Positions 30,215-39,312 of a stretch of 60,238 bases of DNA are shown in pieces. The notes beneath the pieces are model-generated. The model was not told the DNA's origin and did not search any database. It saw only the letters and a program-made list of their open reading frames with translations. Position 1 is the stretch's first letter, and each line of letters starts with the position of its first letter. Location: positions 1 through 60,238 of the forward strand of contig JAYNIM010000010.1 in the NCBI GenBank assembly GCA_038109055.1, written 5' to 3'. The position numbers and the translations under genes are program-made. This stretch comes from a bacterium (GTDB taxonomy: Bacteria > Margulisbacteria > Marinamargulisbacteria > GCA-2716485 > JAYNIM01).

Positions 30215-30614
30215 CGGCTATCTTTTAATAGAGATACTTTTAGCGCTTTGTATCAGCCTCCTCAGCATAACAGGACTCTATCATCTAAAAAAACAGCACC
30301 ACACCCTCACACTTATAAACAGTATACAAAGCAGCTACCAACTATTTGTCTACGCAAAATTACGTGCCTTACATCAAAATAGCGATACCTACATACGCCT
30401 CTCAAAACAATCCCTAATGATACACCAGAACAATACAACGCTATATCATCTAACACTACCAAAAGACATCCACGCACACATCAATTTCCGACGCTATCTG
30501 GGTTTCAAAAGCAATGGCAATACCAAAAGTCCAGGCCGCTTAACCTTAAGCAGCCAAAACAATAAAAAAGAACTCCGTCTTGGCATTGGAATCAGTAAAT
30601 GGACACTTTATTAA
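30141..30614 (+). CDS. Type IV minor pilin-like protein (FimT/GspH/ComGD-like)
   Basis: NG|YLLIEILLAL; AKLRAL; C-terminal LGFKSNG...PGRLTL. Confidence 0.75.
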   Translation: MNYNYPLSTKITQPSRYHSQQHYTNGYLLIEILLALCISLLSITGLYHLKKQHHTLTLINSIQSSYQLFVYAKLRALHQNSDTYIRLSKQSLMIHQNNTTLYHLTLPKDIHAHINFRRYLGFKSNGNTKSPGRLTLSSQNNKKELRLGIGISKWTLY

Positions 30615-30641
30615 GCAAGGAAAAAAGACAGCTCAACACTC

Positions 30642-31058
30642 ATGACACAAAACAAAAAAACCGGATTCGCATTAATTAGTTGTTTATTAATCAGCAGTTT
30701 ATGGTGCCTTCAACTCCAAGTCTTATACACCGCTTGTATCTTATTTCAAAAAAGTGGCAAATTAGCCTGGGAAAATAGTCAATGCGAAATACTCAGTCAT
30801 TCAGCCTTACACTACAGTATAAAACGCTGGGAAAAGCTCCCAGACCTCCCCATTAAAAACAAAGAAACCTTTCTTAGACAATTAAATAAAACGACTAAAA
30901 TAGACCTCCAAAACATCGCCACCTTATACCTAGCAAAATCAGACACAAGTATATATCTACACTGCCACATGATCACATCCAGCGCTAAACATAGCTACAA
31001 AGCCTTGATACAACAACATCAAAACTCATACAATATTCAAAAGATTGAAAAACTATAA
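30642..31058 (+). CDS. Minor pilin lacking Glu5 (PilX/GspK/ComGG-like)
   Basis: KKTG|FALISCLLI, no E at +5, last in the pilin run. Confidence 0.6.
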   Translation: MTQNKKTGFALISCLLISSLWCLQLQVLYTACILFQKSGKLAWENSQCEILSHSALHYSIKRWEKLPDLPIKNKETFLRQLNKTTKIDLQNIATLYLAKSDTSIYLHCHMITSSAKHSYKALIQQHQNSYNIQKIEKL

Positions 31059-31091
31059 TTAAAAAATAACGCCCAAAGATTCATAACCTTT

Positions 31092-32588
31092 ATGTCCAAA
31101 AAAATATTTCTAAGCCTCCTTACCTTGACCTTATTTGTTCGTCTGATCGCAGCATGGGTCATTCCAGCTGGTTTTGATGAAGCCTATTACGCCATGTGGT
31201 CACGCTATTTATCCTGGGGGTATTTTGACCACCCTCCCTTCGTCGCATTAACCGCTGCCATCGGGCCCACACTTTTCAACAACCTAAGCCCTTTCACAAT
31301 ACGAATCGGCCCCTTATGCTTTCATCTTTTAGCGTCCTACCTGCTATACACCTTATGTTTACTCAATTTTAACAAAACCTCTGCCCGCATCGCCTGTGTC
31401 TTATTTAATATCATTCCTTACTTTTCACTAGGATCAGGGTTACTACTACTCCCCGACAATAGCTTACTATGTTTTTTATTAGCCGCTTTATTATGTCTTC
31501 ATACACTCAGACAAACCCCCACAAAACGATGGCCGCTGATGATAGCAGGAAGTCTATTTGGCCTAGCCTTTCTATCAAAATATCACGCTGTCTTATTTAT
31601 ACTCGCAACCTTATTAAGTTTTTGGCCAAACAACACAATCAATATTTGGAAACGTTGGGATTTTTATCTAGGCATTTTACTATGCACACTCATCATACTT
31701 CCCAATATTTATTGGAACTACGCCCATGACTGGATTTCGTATATCGAACAAGTTGGAAAAGGCGGCGAAATACATTTTTCGTGGGCCACCTTCGGTCAAT
31801 CTTTTGGCGGCCAACTCGCCTACCTATTACCTTGGACCCCTATTTTCATTCTTTTTTTCTCCCTAAAAAACAAAGTGATCCGAAAACACTGGTTATTTCC
31901 CTACGCTTGGGTCACCATCCTTGTATTTTGTATCGTTGGCTCCTATCGAAGTATCCTCCCTCATTGGCCCATGCCAGGCTGGATGATTGCTCTTTGTTTT
32001 TTAGCCTACCAGATAAGCCAATGGAAACCATGGCAAAAACTCAGCTTTATAACAGGAACAACCCTTATCACAGTTTCATTAGCAGGGTTATTAATCATTC
32101 AAAGCCACTATGATCTCCTTAAAATTCCCGCAGGAACAGACCCCACTCTAGCTGGCCAAGGGTGGAAAGAGGTTCTGAAAAAAATTGAAACAGACCCCAG
32201 CCTATCCTACGATTTTCTAATCAGTCATAAATGGTTTACAGGTGGCCAACTCGCCTTCGCAAGTGCAGGCAAAACACCGGTACTTGTCTTCAATAAAAAT
32301 GCCGCCCATCACTTCGCATTTATCAATAATCACCGTTCATTCAAACACAAAAATGCCATTTTTATCACCAGTGAAGCCTCTGCCTATGACGCCAAAAAAG
32401 AACTAGCCCCTTATTTTAACCAAATCAACACACTCCCTGCCACACACATCAACCGCCGCTTTAGCAAAGGCCAAACCTTCCAACTATGGTACTGTCAAAA
32501 TTATCAAGGCAACTTCCCCTTCAACTACGGCATCAACAAAGACATACCTAGCCCAAAGCCTTCAATCGCGTATACAAAGACGAAATAA
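31092..32588 (+). CDS. ArnT/PMT-like integral membrane glycosyltransferase (GT-C fold)
   Basis: DEAYY, GYFDHPP, PD, LAFLSKY, multiple transmembrane segments. Confidence 0.88.
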   Translation: MSKKIFLSLLTLTLFVRLIAAWVIPAGFDEAYYAMWSRYLSWGYFDHPPFVALTAAIGPTLFNNLSPFTIRIGPLCFHLLASYLLYTLCLLNFNKTSARIACVLFNIIPYFSLGSGLLLLPDNSLLCFLLAALLCLHTLRQTPTKRWPLMIAGSLFGLAFLSKYHAVLFILATLLSFWPNNTINIWKRWDFYLGILLCTLIILPNIYWNYAHDWISYIEQVGKGGEIHFSWATFGQSFGGQLAYLLPWTPIFILFFSLKNKVIRKHWLFPYAWVTILVFCIVGSYRSILPHWPMPGWMIALCFLAYQISQWKPWQKLSFITGTTLITVSLAGLLIIQSHYDLLKIPAGTDPTLAGQGWKEVLKKIETDPSLSYDFLISHKWFTGGQLAFASAGKTPVLVFNKNAAHHFAFINNHRSFKHKNAIFITSEASAYDAKKELAPYFNQINTLPATHINRRFSKGQTFQLWYCQNYQGNFPFNYGINKDIPSPKPSIAYTKTK

Positions 32589-33471
32589 AGGGCAGCTCCA
32601 GGCCTAGATCACCGGCTTTACGAAATAAAACGCCATAAATAGCCTCGATTTCCAAGGCTCTTCCGGCCTCAAAATCCAGCAACATCGATGTTTTATACGC
32701 CCCCATCTTATCTTTCGTTTCAGAGATATTCTGTTCAATCACATGATCAGGCAACTCATAGCCATCACCTGCCGCAAGCTGCTGAACCTCCTTCATAATA
32801 GTCAAAATCTGATCAGAAAAATCTCTTGACGACAACAAGTCTGCGGTAGTCAGTCCACCAGCCAACACAGACAAGGCATTAAAAGGCACATTCCAAAGTA
32901 ACTTTTTCCAACGTTGATACTGCATATGCTCAGACACACGACAAGGCACACCTTGAGAGTCAAAACACTTTTTCAAAAACAACGCCTCCTTTGTTACTCC
33001 TCCATCTGGATATGATCCCAAGGTCAAACGATTAAACCCCAAATAACGAACCTGGGCTGCCGACACTCTGTTTAAACAAGAAAAAGCCACCGCAGACAAT
33101 AAACGATTCTTAGGAAAAACCTCTGACAAAGCCACTTCAACGTCCAAGCCATTTTGAATCAACAAAAAACAGGTATTTGGGCCTACAACAGGCCCTAGTA
33201 AATTAGCTAAATCAATCTCTGGCAAGGCCTTGGTCGCAATTAAAATAAGATCAGGGCTATCTCCAAACATCAAATAATTTTCAACCTGATCTATCACAGG
33301 CAACATAAAGGTTTCTTTCTCATCCTGGTAATGCAAAGCAAAGCCCTGCTCTTTCGCTACCTCATAATCAGAACGACAACAAAATGTAAGTTTAAGACCT
33401 GCCTTGGACAACAGCACACCATAATAAATCCCCACAGCCCCAGCACCCACAACAAGAACGCGCTTGATCAC
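32548..33471 (-). CDS. panE: 2-dehydropantoate 2-reductase
   Basis: GAGAVG, QNGL, WKKLLWN, YKTSMLLD, LEIEAI. Confidence 0.9.
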   Translation of the reverse strand: MIKRVLVVGAGAVGIYYGVLLSKAGLKLTFCCRSDYEVAKEQGFALHYQDEKETFMLPVIDQVENYLMFGDSPDLILIATKALPEIDLANLLGPVVGPNTCFLLIQNGLDVEVALSEVFPKNRLLSAVAFSCLNRVSAAQVRYLGFNRLTLGSYPDGGVTKEALFLKKCFDSQGVPCRVSEHMQYQRWKKLLWNVPFNALSVLAGGLTTADLLSSRDFSDQILTIMKEVQQLAAGDGYELPDHVIEQNISETKDKMGAYKTSMLLDFEAGRALEIEAIYGVLFRKAGDLGLELPFISSLYTRLKALG

Positions 33472-33549
33472 ATAAACACCCCATTTACATATTGATAATC
33501 ATTCAACATATGATAAACGACGTGTATACAACCCAACAGCCACTGTACA

Positions 33550-34077
33550 TTATCTTCGGCTATGCAACTGTGCCAAGGCCACATATTTCAAGGCCCACTT
33601 ACGGTGCTCATCTTGTATAGAAGAATCCAGCACCTTTATCTGTTTTGCTGGTACCCCAGCCCACATCGTATTTTCAGGCACTACACAGTGTTCTTTCACT
33701 ACAGCACCCGCTGCAATCACCGCCCCAGATCCAATCACGGCCCCATTTAACACAATCGCCCCCATACCAATCAATGCTGCATCTTTCACTTCACAGGCAT
33801 GTAACACAGCCCGATGCCCCACCGTCACATCATCCCCCACAATACAAGGGAGATCATTTTCTAAATGCAACACACAGCCATCTTGAATATTAGAGCGTTG
33901 TCCCACCACAATCCGATTAATATCCGCTCTTAATACACTTTGATACCAAACAGAAGAGTGTTCCCCCACATCAACCTGCCCTATCAACTGCGCAGTATCC
34001 GCAATAAAGACAGAAGGATGACAACTCCCTGCTTCTAGCGACAGATGATCAGGTAAATCTGATTTAGAAAGAGACAT
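33550..34077 (-). CDS. Gamma-carbonic anhydrase family hexapeptide-repeat protein
   Basis: LRAD, NIQDGCVLH, TVGHRAVLHAC. Confidence 0.92.
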   Translation of the reverse strand: MSLSKSDLPDHLSLEAGSCHPSVFIADTAQLIGQVDVGEHSSVWYQSVLRADINRIVVGQRSNIQDGCVLHLENDLPCIVGDDVTVGHRAVLHACEVKDAALIGMGAIVLNGAVIGSGAVIAAGAVVKEHCVVPENTMWAGVPAKQIKVLDSSIQDEHRKWALKYVALAQLHSRR

Positions 34078-34169
34078 ACAAAAAGTGTAGCATATGTATA
34101 ATCCAAAAAAAACGAGTCTAATTCAAAACAAAAAATATAAAATTAAGTCATTAAAAAACAAGCAACGAA

Positions 34170-35204
34170 TTAAGAAGCCAACACAGACGACATATGTTGC
34201 ACCTTATATTTACGCTCTAAAACATCCCCTGTCCCATAAGCGACTGCACTGATAGGGTCATCTACAAGAGAAACAGGAAGTCCAATCTCTGACTCTAAAT
34301 AATCAACCAATCCCAATAACAAGGCCCCTCCACCCGTCAATAAAATTCCTTTCTGCATAATATCAGACGACAACTCTGGCGGTGTTTGTTCCAAGGTAAG
34401 ACGTATTGCTGACAAAATGGCTACACAAAGTTCTGATAACGCATCCCGAATTTCATAGCTCGACATTTTAAATGTTTTAGGTAATCCCGTCATTAAATCA
34501 CGTCCAGAGACCTCCATATACATTTCCTCTTTCAAGGGATAGGCAGAACCTAAGGTAATTTTTATCTGTTCCGCCATACGCTCTCCGATCAACAAATTAT
34601 AGGCCCTACGACAATGCTGAATAATAGCATCATCAAAATCATCCCCTGCAACACGAATTGATTTACACAACACCAATCCGCCCAAGGAAATCACCGCCAC
34701 TTCAGTCGTTCCACCCCCAATATCCACGATCATAAAACCAGATGCCTTCATTACATCTAATTTTGCACCAATAGCTGCAGCAAGCGGCTCATAAATCAAG
34801 GTTATTTTTTTGGCTTCAGACTGTTTAATAGCATCATATACAGCACGCTGTTCAACCGCTGTAATCCCCCAAGGAACCCCAATTAACACACTAGGTTTAG
34901 AGAAACCAATATATTTTTTAATGCGTTTCATAAAGCCCAAAATCATCTGCTGAGCCAGCTCATAATCCGCAATAACACCCCCCTTCAACGGCCGAAATGC
35001 AACTATATTACCCGGTGTCCGTCCCAACATCCGCTGCGCATCGGTTCCTATCGCTAATAAAGTATTCGATCGTTTATCTACAGCCACCACCGCAGGCTCA
35101 TTTAACACAACCCCATGTCCTCTGAGAAAAACCAATAAATTTCGCGTCCCCAAATCAATCCCCAACTGAACGCCTTTAAACAAACCCATCATAAAAAACG
35201 ACAC
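34170..35204 (-). CDS. mreB: Rod shape-determining protein MreB/Mbl
   Basis: GIDLGT, EPLAAAIGA, DIGGGTTE, TPPELSSD, LTGGGALL. Confidence 0.93.
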   Translation of the reverse strand: MSFFMMGLFKGVQLGIDLGTRNLLVFLRGHGVVLNEPAVVAVDKRSNTLLAIGTDAQRMLGRTPGNIVAFRPLKGGVIADYELAQQMILGFMKRIKKYIGFSKPSVLIGVPWGITAVEQRAVYDAIKQSEAKKITLIYEPLAAAIGAKLDVMKASGFMIVDIGGGTTEVAVISLGGLVLCKSIRVAGDDFDDAIIQHCRRAYNLLIGERMAEQIKITLGSAYPLKEEMYMEVSGRDLMTGLPKTFKMSSYEIRDALSELCVAILSAIRLTLEQTPPELSSDIMQKGILLTGGGALLLGLVDYLESEIGLPVSLVDDPISAVAYGTGDVLERKYKVQHMSSVLAS

Positions 35205-35238
35205 CTTTACCTAAAGAAAAAAATTACTTTCTGACTAT

Positions 35239-36012
35239 CTAAGGCTTATAGAATATATAACTTTGAACCCCTTGTCGACTAATACGAATCCGAAAAGCTT
35301 CTGCTTCCTGTCGATTATCAAAAGCCGCAACCTGCACTTTATAAAAATTAGAATGCTGACCTTTCTTCACCCACATAAACGAATCAATCCCCTTTTGTTT
35401 CAAATTCTTTATCAAGCTAAAGGCATTTGCCTTTTCTTTAAAGGTACCTGCAATCACCTTAAAAGCATGTCCAACAGAGGGCGCAGAAGTCCGAGGCTGA
35501 ACCTTTGTCGTTGTAGAGGGGTTAGAAGAAAGTGAATAACTAGAAACAGGCGTCACTGCATCCAAACGATAAGAAACAGATTTAACGGCCTTATTTCGAG
35601 ACGACGCCGTATATTTTGATGGATCTTTCGTTAAATCAGACGACGATTTTTCAGTTGATGGTTGCGTTTTACTGGTTACAGGCTTGCGCGCTGACTGACG
35701 CATCTGATCAACCAATTGCTTTTGCAGGGCCTCAGAGCCAATCGCAGTACTCAAGCTAACTTCGGTCTGATTCTCTTCTTTTAATGCTAACTGATCTGAG
35801 GTTATCAACGATTTTTTACCCAAATTAAACAATAAAGAAAGAGAAAGAAAAATAACCCCAATAACCGTAAACAAAACCAAAACCGTTTTGGTCCACGAAA
35901 AACGATAGACTTCTTTTTCTTTTAACAAATCACCTAAACGCTCCTCAGAACCTTCTTCCTGATACTCAAATTGATCCGATACCTCGTCTTTTTGTACCAC
36001 ACTATCCTCCAA
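35239..36012 (-). CDS. Bitopic SPOR-domain cell division/envelope protein
   Basis: Single TM, S/T/K-rich linker, C-terminal FKVIAGTFKEKANA...YKVQVAAF. Confidence 0.8.
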   Translation of the reverse strand: MEDSVVQKDEVSDQFEYQEEGSEERLGDLLKEKEVYRFSWTKTVLVLFTVIGVIFLSLSLLFNLGKKSLITSDQLALKEENQTEVSLSTAIGSEALQKQLVDQMRQSARKPVTSKTQPSTEKSSSDLTKDPSKYTASSRNKAVKSVSYRLDAVTPVSSYSLSSNPSTTTKVQPRTSAPSVGHAFKVIAGTFKEKANAFSLIKNLKQKGIDSFMWVKKGQHSNFYKVQVAAFDNRQEAEAFRIRISRQGVQSYIFYKP

Positions 36013-36087
36013 ACGATTGAAATTAACTACCTAAAGTCTACCATATGACAAAACCAACGCATAGTTACTCTTTTAAATGACAAAAAC

Positions 36088-36116
36088 TAGACAGCCTCTC
36101 CCCAGTCTTTTACCAT
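36088..36116 (+). promoter_or_regulatory. Putative leaderless promoter of pheS
   Basis: TAGACA, 17 nt, TACCAT, 6 nt, then ATG 36123; no SD. Confidence 0.55.
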
Positions 36117-36122
36117 TAACGC

Positions 36123-37103
36123 ATGCTAGAAAATGTGAAGATCATTGAAACAAATAGCCAAAGTCAAATCCAAGCCTGTCAAACGCTTCAAGATATCGAA
36201 CAATGTCGCAGCCAATTTTTAGGGAAAAACGGTCAAGTCACTGATCTACTCAAGCAATTAGGCAAAGTTCCACCTGCAGACAAACCCAAATTTGGCCAAA
36301 CACTCAATCTCTTAAAACAACAGATCAACCAAGCCTTAAAAAACAAACAAAAAACTCTTGAAAACGCCCAACTCAACCAAAAACTTTTAGCCACCACCAC
36401 TGATTGTACTCTTCCCTCAACTCACCCCACAAAAGGCCACAAACACCCTATCCCTGAAACCATTGATCACATTCACAACATCTTAAAACGCATGGGCTTT
36501 GTCGTAGAGGAAGGGCCTGAAATCGAAAATGAATTTTACAACTTCGAAGCGCTTAATATTCCCAAAGACCATCCCGCACGTGCCATGCACGACACCTTTT
36601 ATTTGGATGCTGATCATTTACTCAGAACCCACACCTCTCCCATCCAAATTCGCTGTATGCAAAAACAAGATGCCCCCATTCGCCTCATCGCCCCTGGCAA
36701 AGTCTATCGCTGTGACGCAGACCCTACTCACTCACCTGTTTTTCATCAAATCGAAGGCTTATATATCGACAAAAACGTCTCCTTTGCCAATCTCAAAGCC
36801 ACCCTGAACTTCTTTTTAAAAGAACTTTTTGGTAAAAACAAAAAACTCCGCTTCAGAAGCAGCTACTTCCCCTTCACCGAACCCTCCGTTGAAGTAGACG
36901 TCGACTTTAACGGCAAGTGGCTGGAAATTTTAGGCGCGGGCATGGTGCATGAAAATGTCTTCAAGGCTGTTAATTATGACCCCAAAAACACCCAAGGCTT
37001 TGCCTTTGGTCTGGGCATCGAGCGCATTGCCATGCTCAGACACAACATTACAGACATTCGCCTTTTTTACGAAAACGACCTACGTTTTTTAAGACAGTTT
37101 TAA
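36123..37103 (+). CDS. pheS: Phenylalanine-tRNA ligase alpha subunit
   Basis: HPARAMHDTF, LLRTHTS, FHQIEG, YFPFTEPS, GFAFGLGIER. Confidence 0.97.
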   Translation: MLENVKIIETNSQSQIQACQTLQDIEQCRSQFLGKNGQVTDLLKQLGKVPPADKPKFGQTLNLLKQQINQALKNKQKTLENAQLNQKLLATTTDCTLPSTHPTKGHKHPIPETIDHIHNILKRMGFVVEEGPEIENEFYNFEALNIPKDHPARAMHDTFYLDADHLLRTHTSPIQIRCMQKQDAPIRLIAPGKVYRCDADPTHSPVFHQIEGLYIDKNVSFANLKATLNFFLKELFGKNKKLRFRSSYFPFTEPSVEVDVDFNGKWLEILGAGMVHENVFKAVNYDPKNTQGFAFGLGIERIAMLRHNITDIRLFYENDLRFLRQF

Positions 37104-37246
37104 AAATCCTCTTAAGAATCACATAATGGGTTAGCTTGCCCTGTCTCTGCTGATTCTGGTTGGGGCTCTGGTGTTAATTTTACTACTCGTAAATTTCGTG
37201 CATTTTATCATAAATATCAGTAAAACGAGCACCATTTCTACGACAC

Positions 37247-39052
37247 TTACAACTCGTCTTGTAAGCGTAATCCTTCTACGTTTACTTTGACATAAACATC
37301 TGAAGGTTCCTTAGGTCGAAGTGAAATTTCAGCAAATAACCGTCTTCCAGGTGCTTCTTCAAGACCTTTTTTTCTAATTTGAGACTTAGAAAATCTAGAG
37401 GTGCCATGCACATGGACGCCCCCGTCAAAATAAAAAATAACAGCATCTCTTGGCGCAGATGTTAAATCCTTTCTATCAACAACCGCCTCTACTTTTAATG
37501 CATCAAAGATCTCGTTCACTTTTTCATTTAGTTGTACACCAAAATCTTTTCGACCTTGAGACTGAGAAATAAATGTAGCAAGTTGAACTAATGCCTTCTG
37601 CATCACTGTTTTATCCACCGCATATACAAGAGAATCACTTGTTCGATACTGAGCTATAATCTGATTGATTACCTGCTCTGTTAGACCCCTTACTTGAGGA
37701 CTAAATCTCTTTAAACTTTGCTCTTTTACCTGATCAAAAAAATCTTGAAATGTGTGATAGTTTACTGGCGTTGAAAGATCTACTATTCGACCATCTTCTT
37801 CTTTAAGTCCTCTTACAACCGCAGACCTCATGGATCCTTGAAATGAATGTGGATCACGTAATTGTGCATAAAATTCGGATCCCTTGTCATCAATCTGACA
37901 CGTAAGAGCACCTGTTGTACGACCTACCTGAGACCTAGCATTACAACGTTCAGAATGATGCACATGACCTTTAATTGCAGGTAAAGCAGGTTTAACCCCA
38001 TTATCATTAGAAAGTAGTCTAATCACAACCTCAGACTCAGAATTTGTATCTTTTTTTATACCTTCAGCAACCTCCAACAAAGAGCGAAAAAATAAAGCAG
38101 CATCTTCATTTTCTTGTTCGCTGTGAAAAGTGAATAATCGGCGAACATCTTCTACACGTAAGTGCAAACCTGGTTTTAATGTCATATGTTTTGAAAAGGC
38201 AATGGCACCTGTCCCTCTAGCTATCTGCGGTTGTCTCGCTTCTTTTCCCACCTCAACCAAACTCGTCCTTAAGGTATGCATAATACTACACTGAAGATCT
38301 GTAAGTTCAGAGATGCCTGGGGTAAATGTATGTTGAGCTGCTGCCTCGTTAATATCAACACATGTTGGTCCTCCTGGGACTAAAGACGGACAAGGTAAGG
38401 TTGTCAATCCAGAAGCCATAATACGCATATCAGAACAAGAACTTACTGTCATTTGATTCATCGCTCTAGTTTGTTGGCTTGGAGACATCTTCAATAATAC
38501 GTGATGTGGATTATCTTGCAACAAAGGGGTTTGAGAATTTCCACTAACACCTGGAAGCGAACTAAAAGCTAAATACATAACGATCCATTGCGGAATAGAT
38601 CCAGCTATATTGGACTTACAAGCATCAGAAGATGTTTTTTTAGAACCTCCAGCCATTTTAGCTGAATCAACATCAAGTAAATCAGTTAAACAACAGAGTC
38701 TATTATGGGTCAAACACTTTGAAGAATCTGGAAAATGATCTATATCTGCCATACGAACATTCGACTTACCCAAACACCTCTCTAACGAGTTCATCACATC
38801 TCCAACTGTTTCCCAGTCTGAAACATCCCATTTCAAGCTGTCTACTTGCTCTTTAAATTGAGGCATAATGGAGAGACTTTTATAAAAATCAAAAAAAACC
38901 TTAAACTCTGAATCACTAACAAAAGAGGCCTGCGTTTCAGTCACTGGAGAATCCCCCCAAAAGCAAGCCGCTGCGGTTGTTGCTGCGGTTGTTGCTGCGG
39001 TTGTCACTGCTGTAATACTACTTGAGACTATAGATGAAAAATACGTATACAT
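37247..39052 (-). CDS. Orphan protein between pheS and pheT; possible DSBH/cupin metal site; C-terminal QDEL
   Basis: 601-aa ORF, G-rich SD, S/T/A-rich N-terminus; function not assignable. Confidence 0.7.
   Translation of the reverse strand: MYTYFSSIVSSSITAVTTAATTAATTAAACFWGDSPVTETQASFVSDSEFKVFFDFYKSLSIMPQFKEQVDSLKWDVSDWETVGDVMNSLERCLGKSNVRMADIDHFPDSSKCLTHNRLCCLTDLLDVDSAKMAGGSKKTSSDACKSNIAGSIPQWIVMYLAFSSLPGVSGNSQTPLLQDNPHHVLLKMSPSQQTRAMNQMTVSSCSDMRIMASGLTTLPCPSLVPGGPTCVDINEAAAQHTFTPGISELTDLQCSIMHTLRTSLVEVGKEARQPQIARGTGAIAFSKHMTLKPGLHLRVEDVRRLFTFHSEQENEDAALFFRSLLEVAEGIKKDTNSESEVVIRLLSNDNGVKPALPAIKGHVHHSERCNARSQVGRTTGALTCQIDDKGSEFYAQLRDPHSFQGSMRSAVVRGLKEEDGRIVDLSTPVNYHTFQDFFDQVKEQSLKRFSPQVRGLTEQVINQIIAQYRTSDSLVYAVDKTVMQKALVQLATFISQSQGRKDFGVQLNEKVNEIFDALKVEAVVDRKDLTSAPRDAVIFYFDGGVHVHGTSRFSKSQIRKKGLEEAPGRRLFAEISLRPKEPSDVYVKVNVEGLRLQDEL
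38970..39004 (-). repeat. 12-bp tandem repeat x3 encoding TTAA
   Basis: gctgcggttgtt repeated on the + strand. Confidence 0.9.
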
Positions 39053-39312
39053 TTTAATCCCCCCTAATTAGTAGTAATGATATCTAACGATAATTTATAA
39101 TTAAGTTTTCGTATTTTTTTTAAAAAAATTTCAATAATTAAGATTTATATACATTATTTAGCAAACTTCATCTCCAAGATCACCCCCATACTCTCCCTCC
39201 CATCCCACATCTATACACTCGTTAAAAACCTATCTACTATCCACCTTCATAATCCCCCCTTGTGTTAATCATCATCCTATGAAAAAATTTAATTAATAAA
39301 CAACTATCTAAC

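Noticed and set aside
36013..36122. T-box or pheM-type attenuator upstream of pheS
   Set aside because: No room or motif; promoter boxes sit immediately before the ATG
37131..37235. 34-aa minus-strand ORF MVLVLLIFMIKCTK... after the 601-aa orphan
   Set aside because: No convincing SD or motif; may be an insertion remnant but cannot be supported
39053..39070. G-run SD shared by the three orphan genes as a regulon signature
   Set aside because: Similar G-rich sites precede argB and panE, so strand skew explains it
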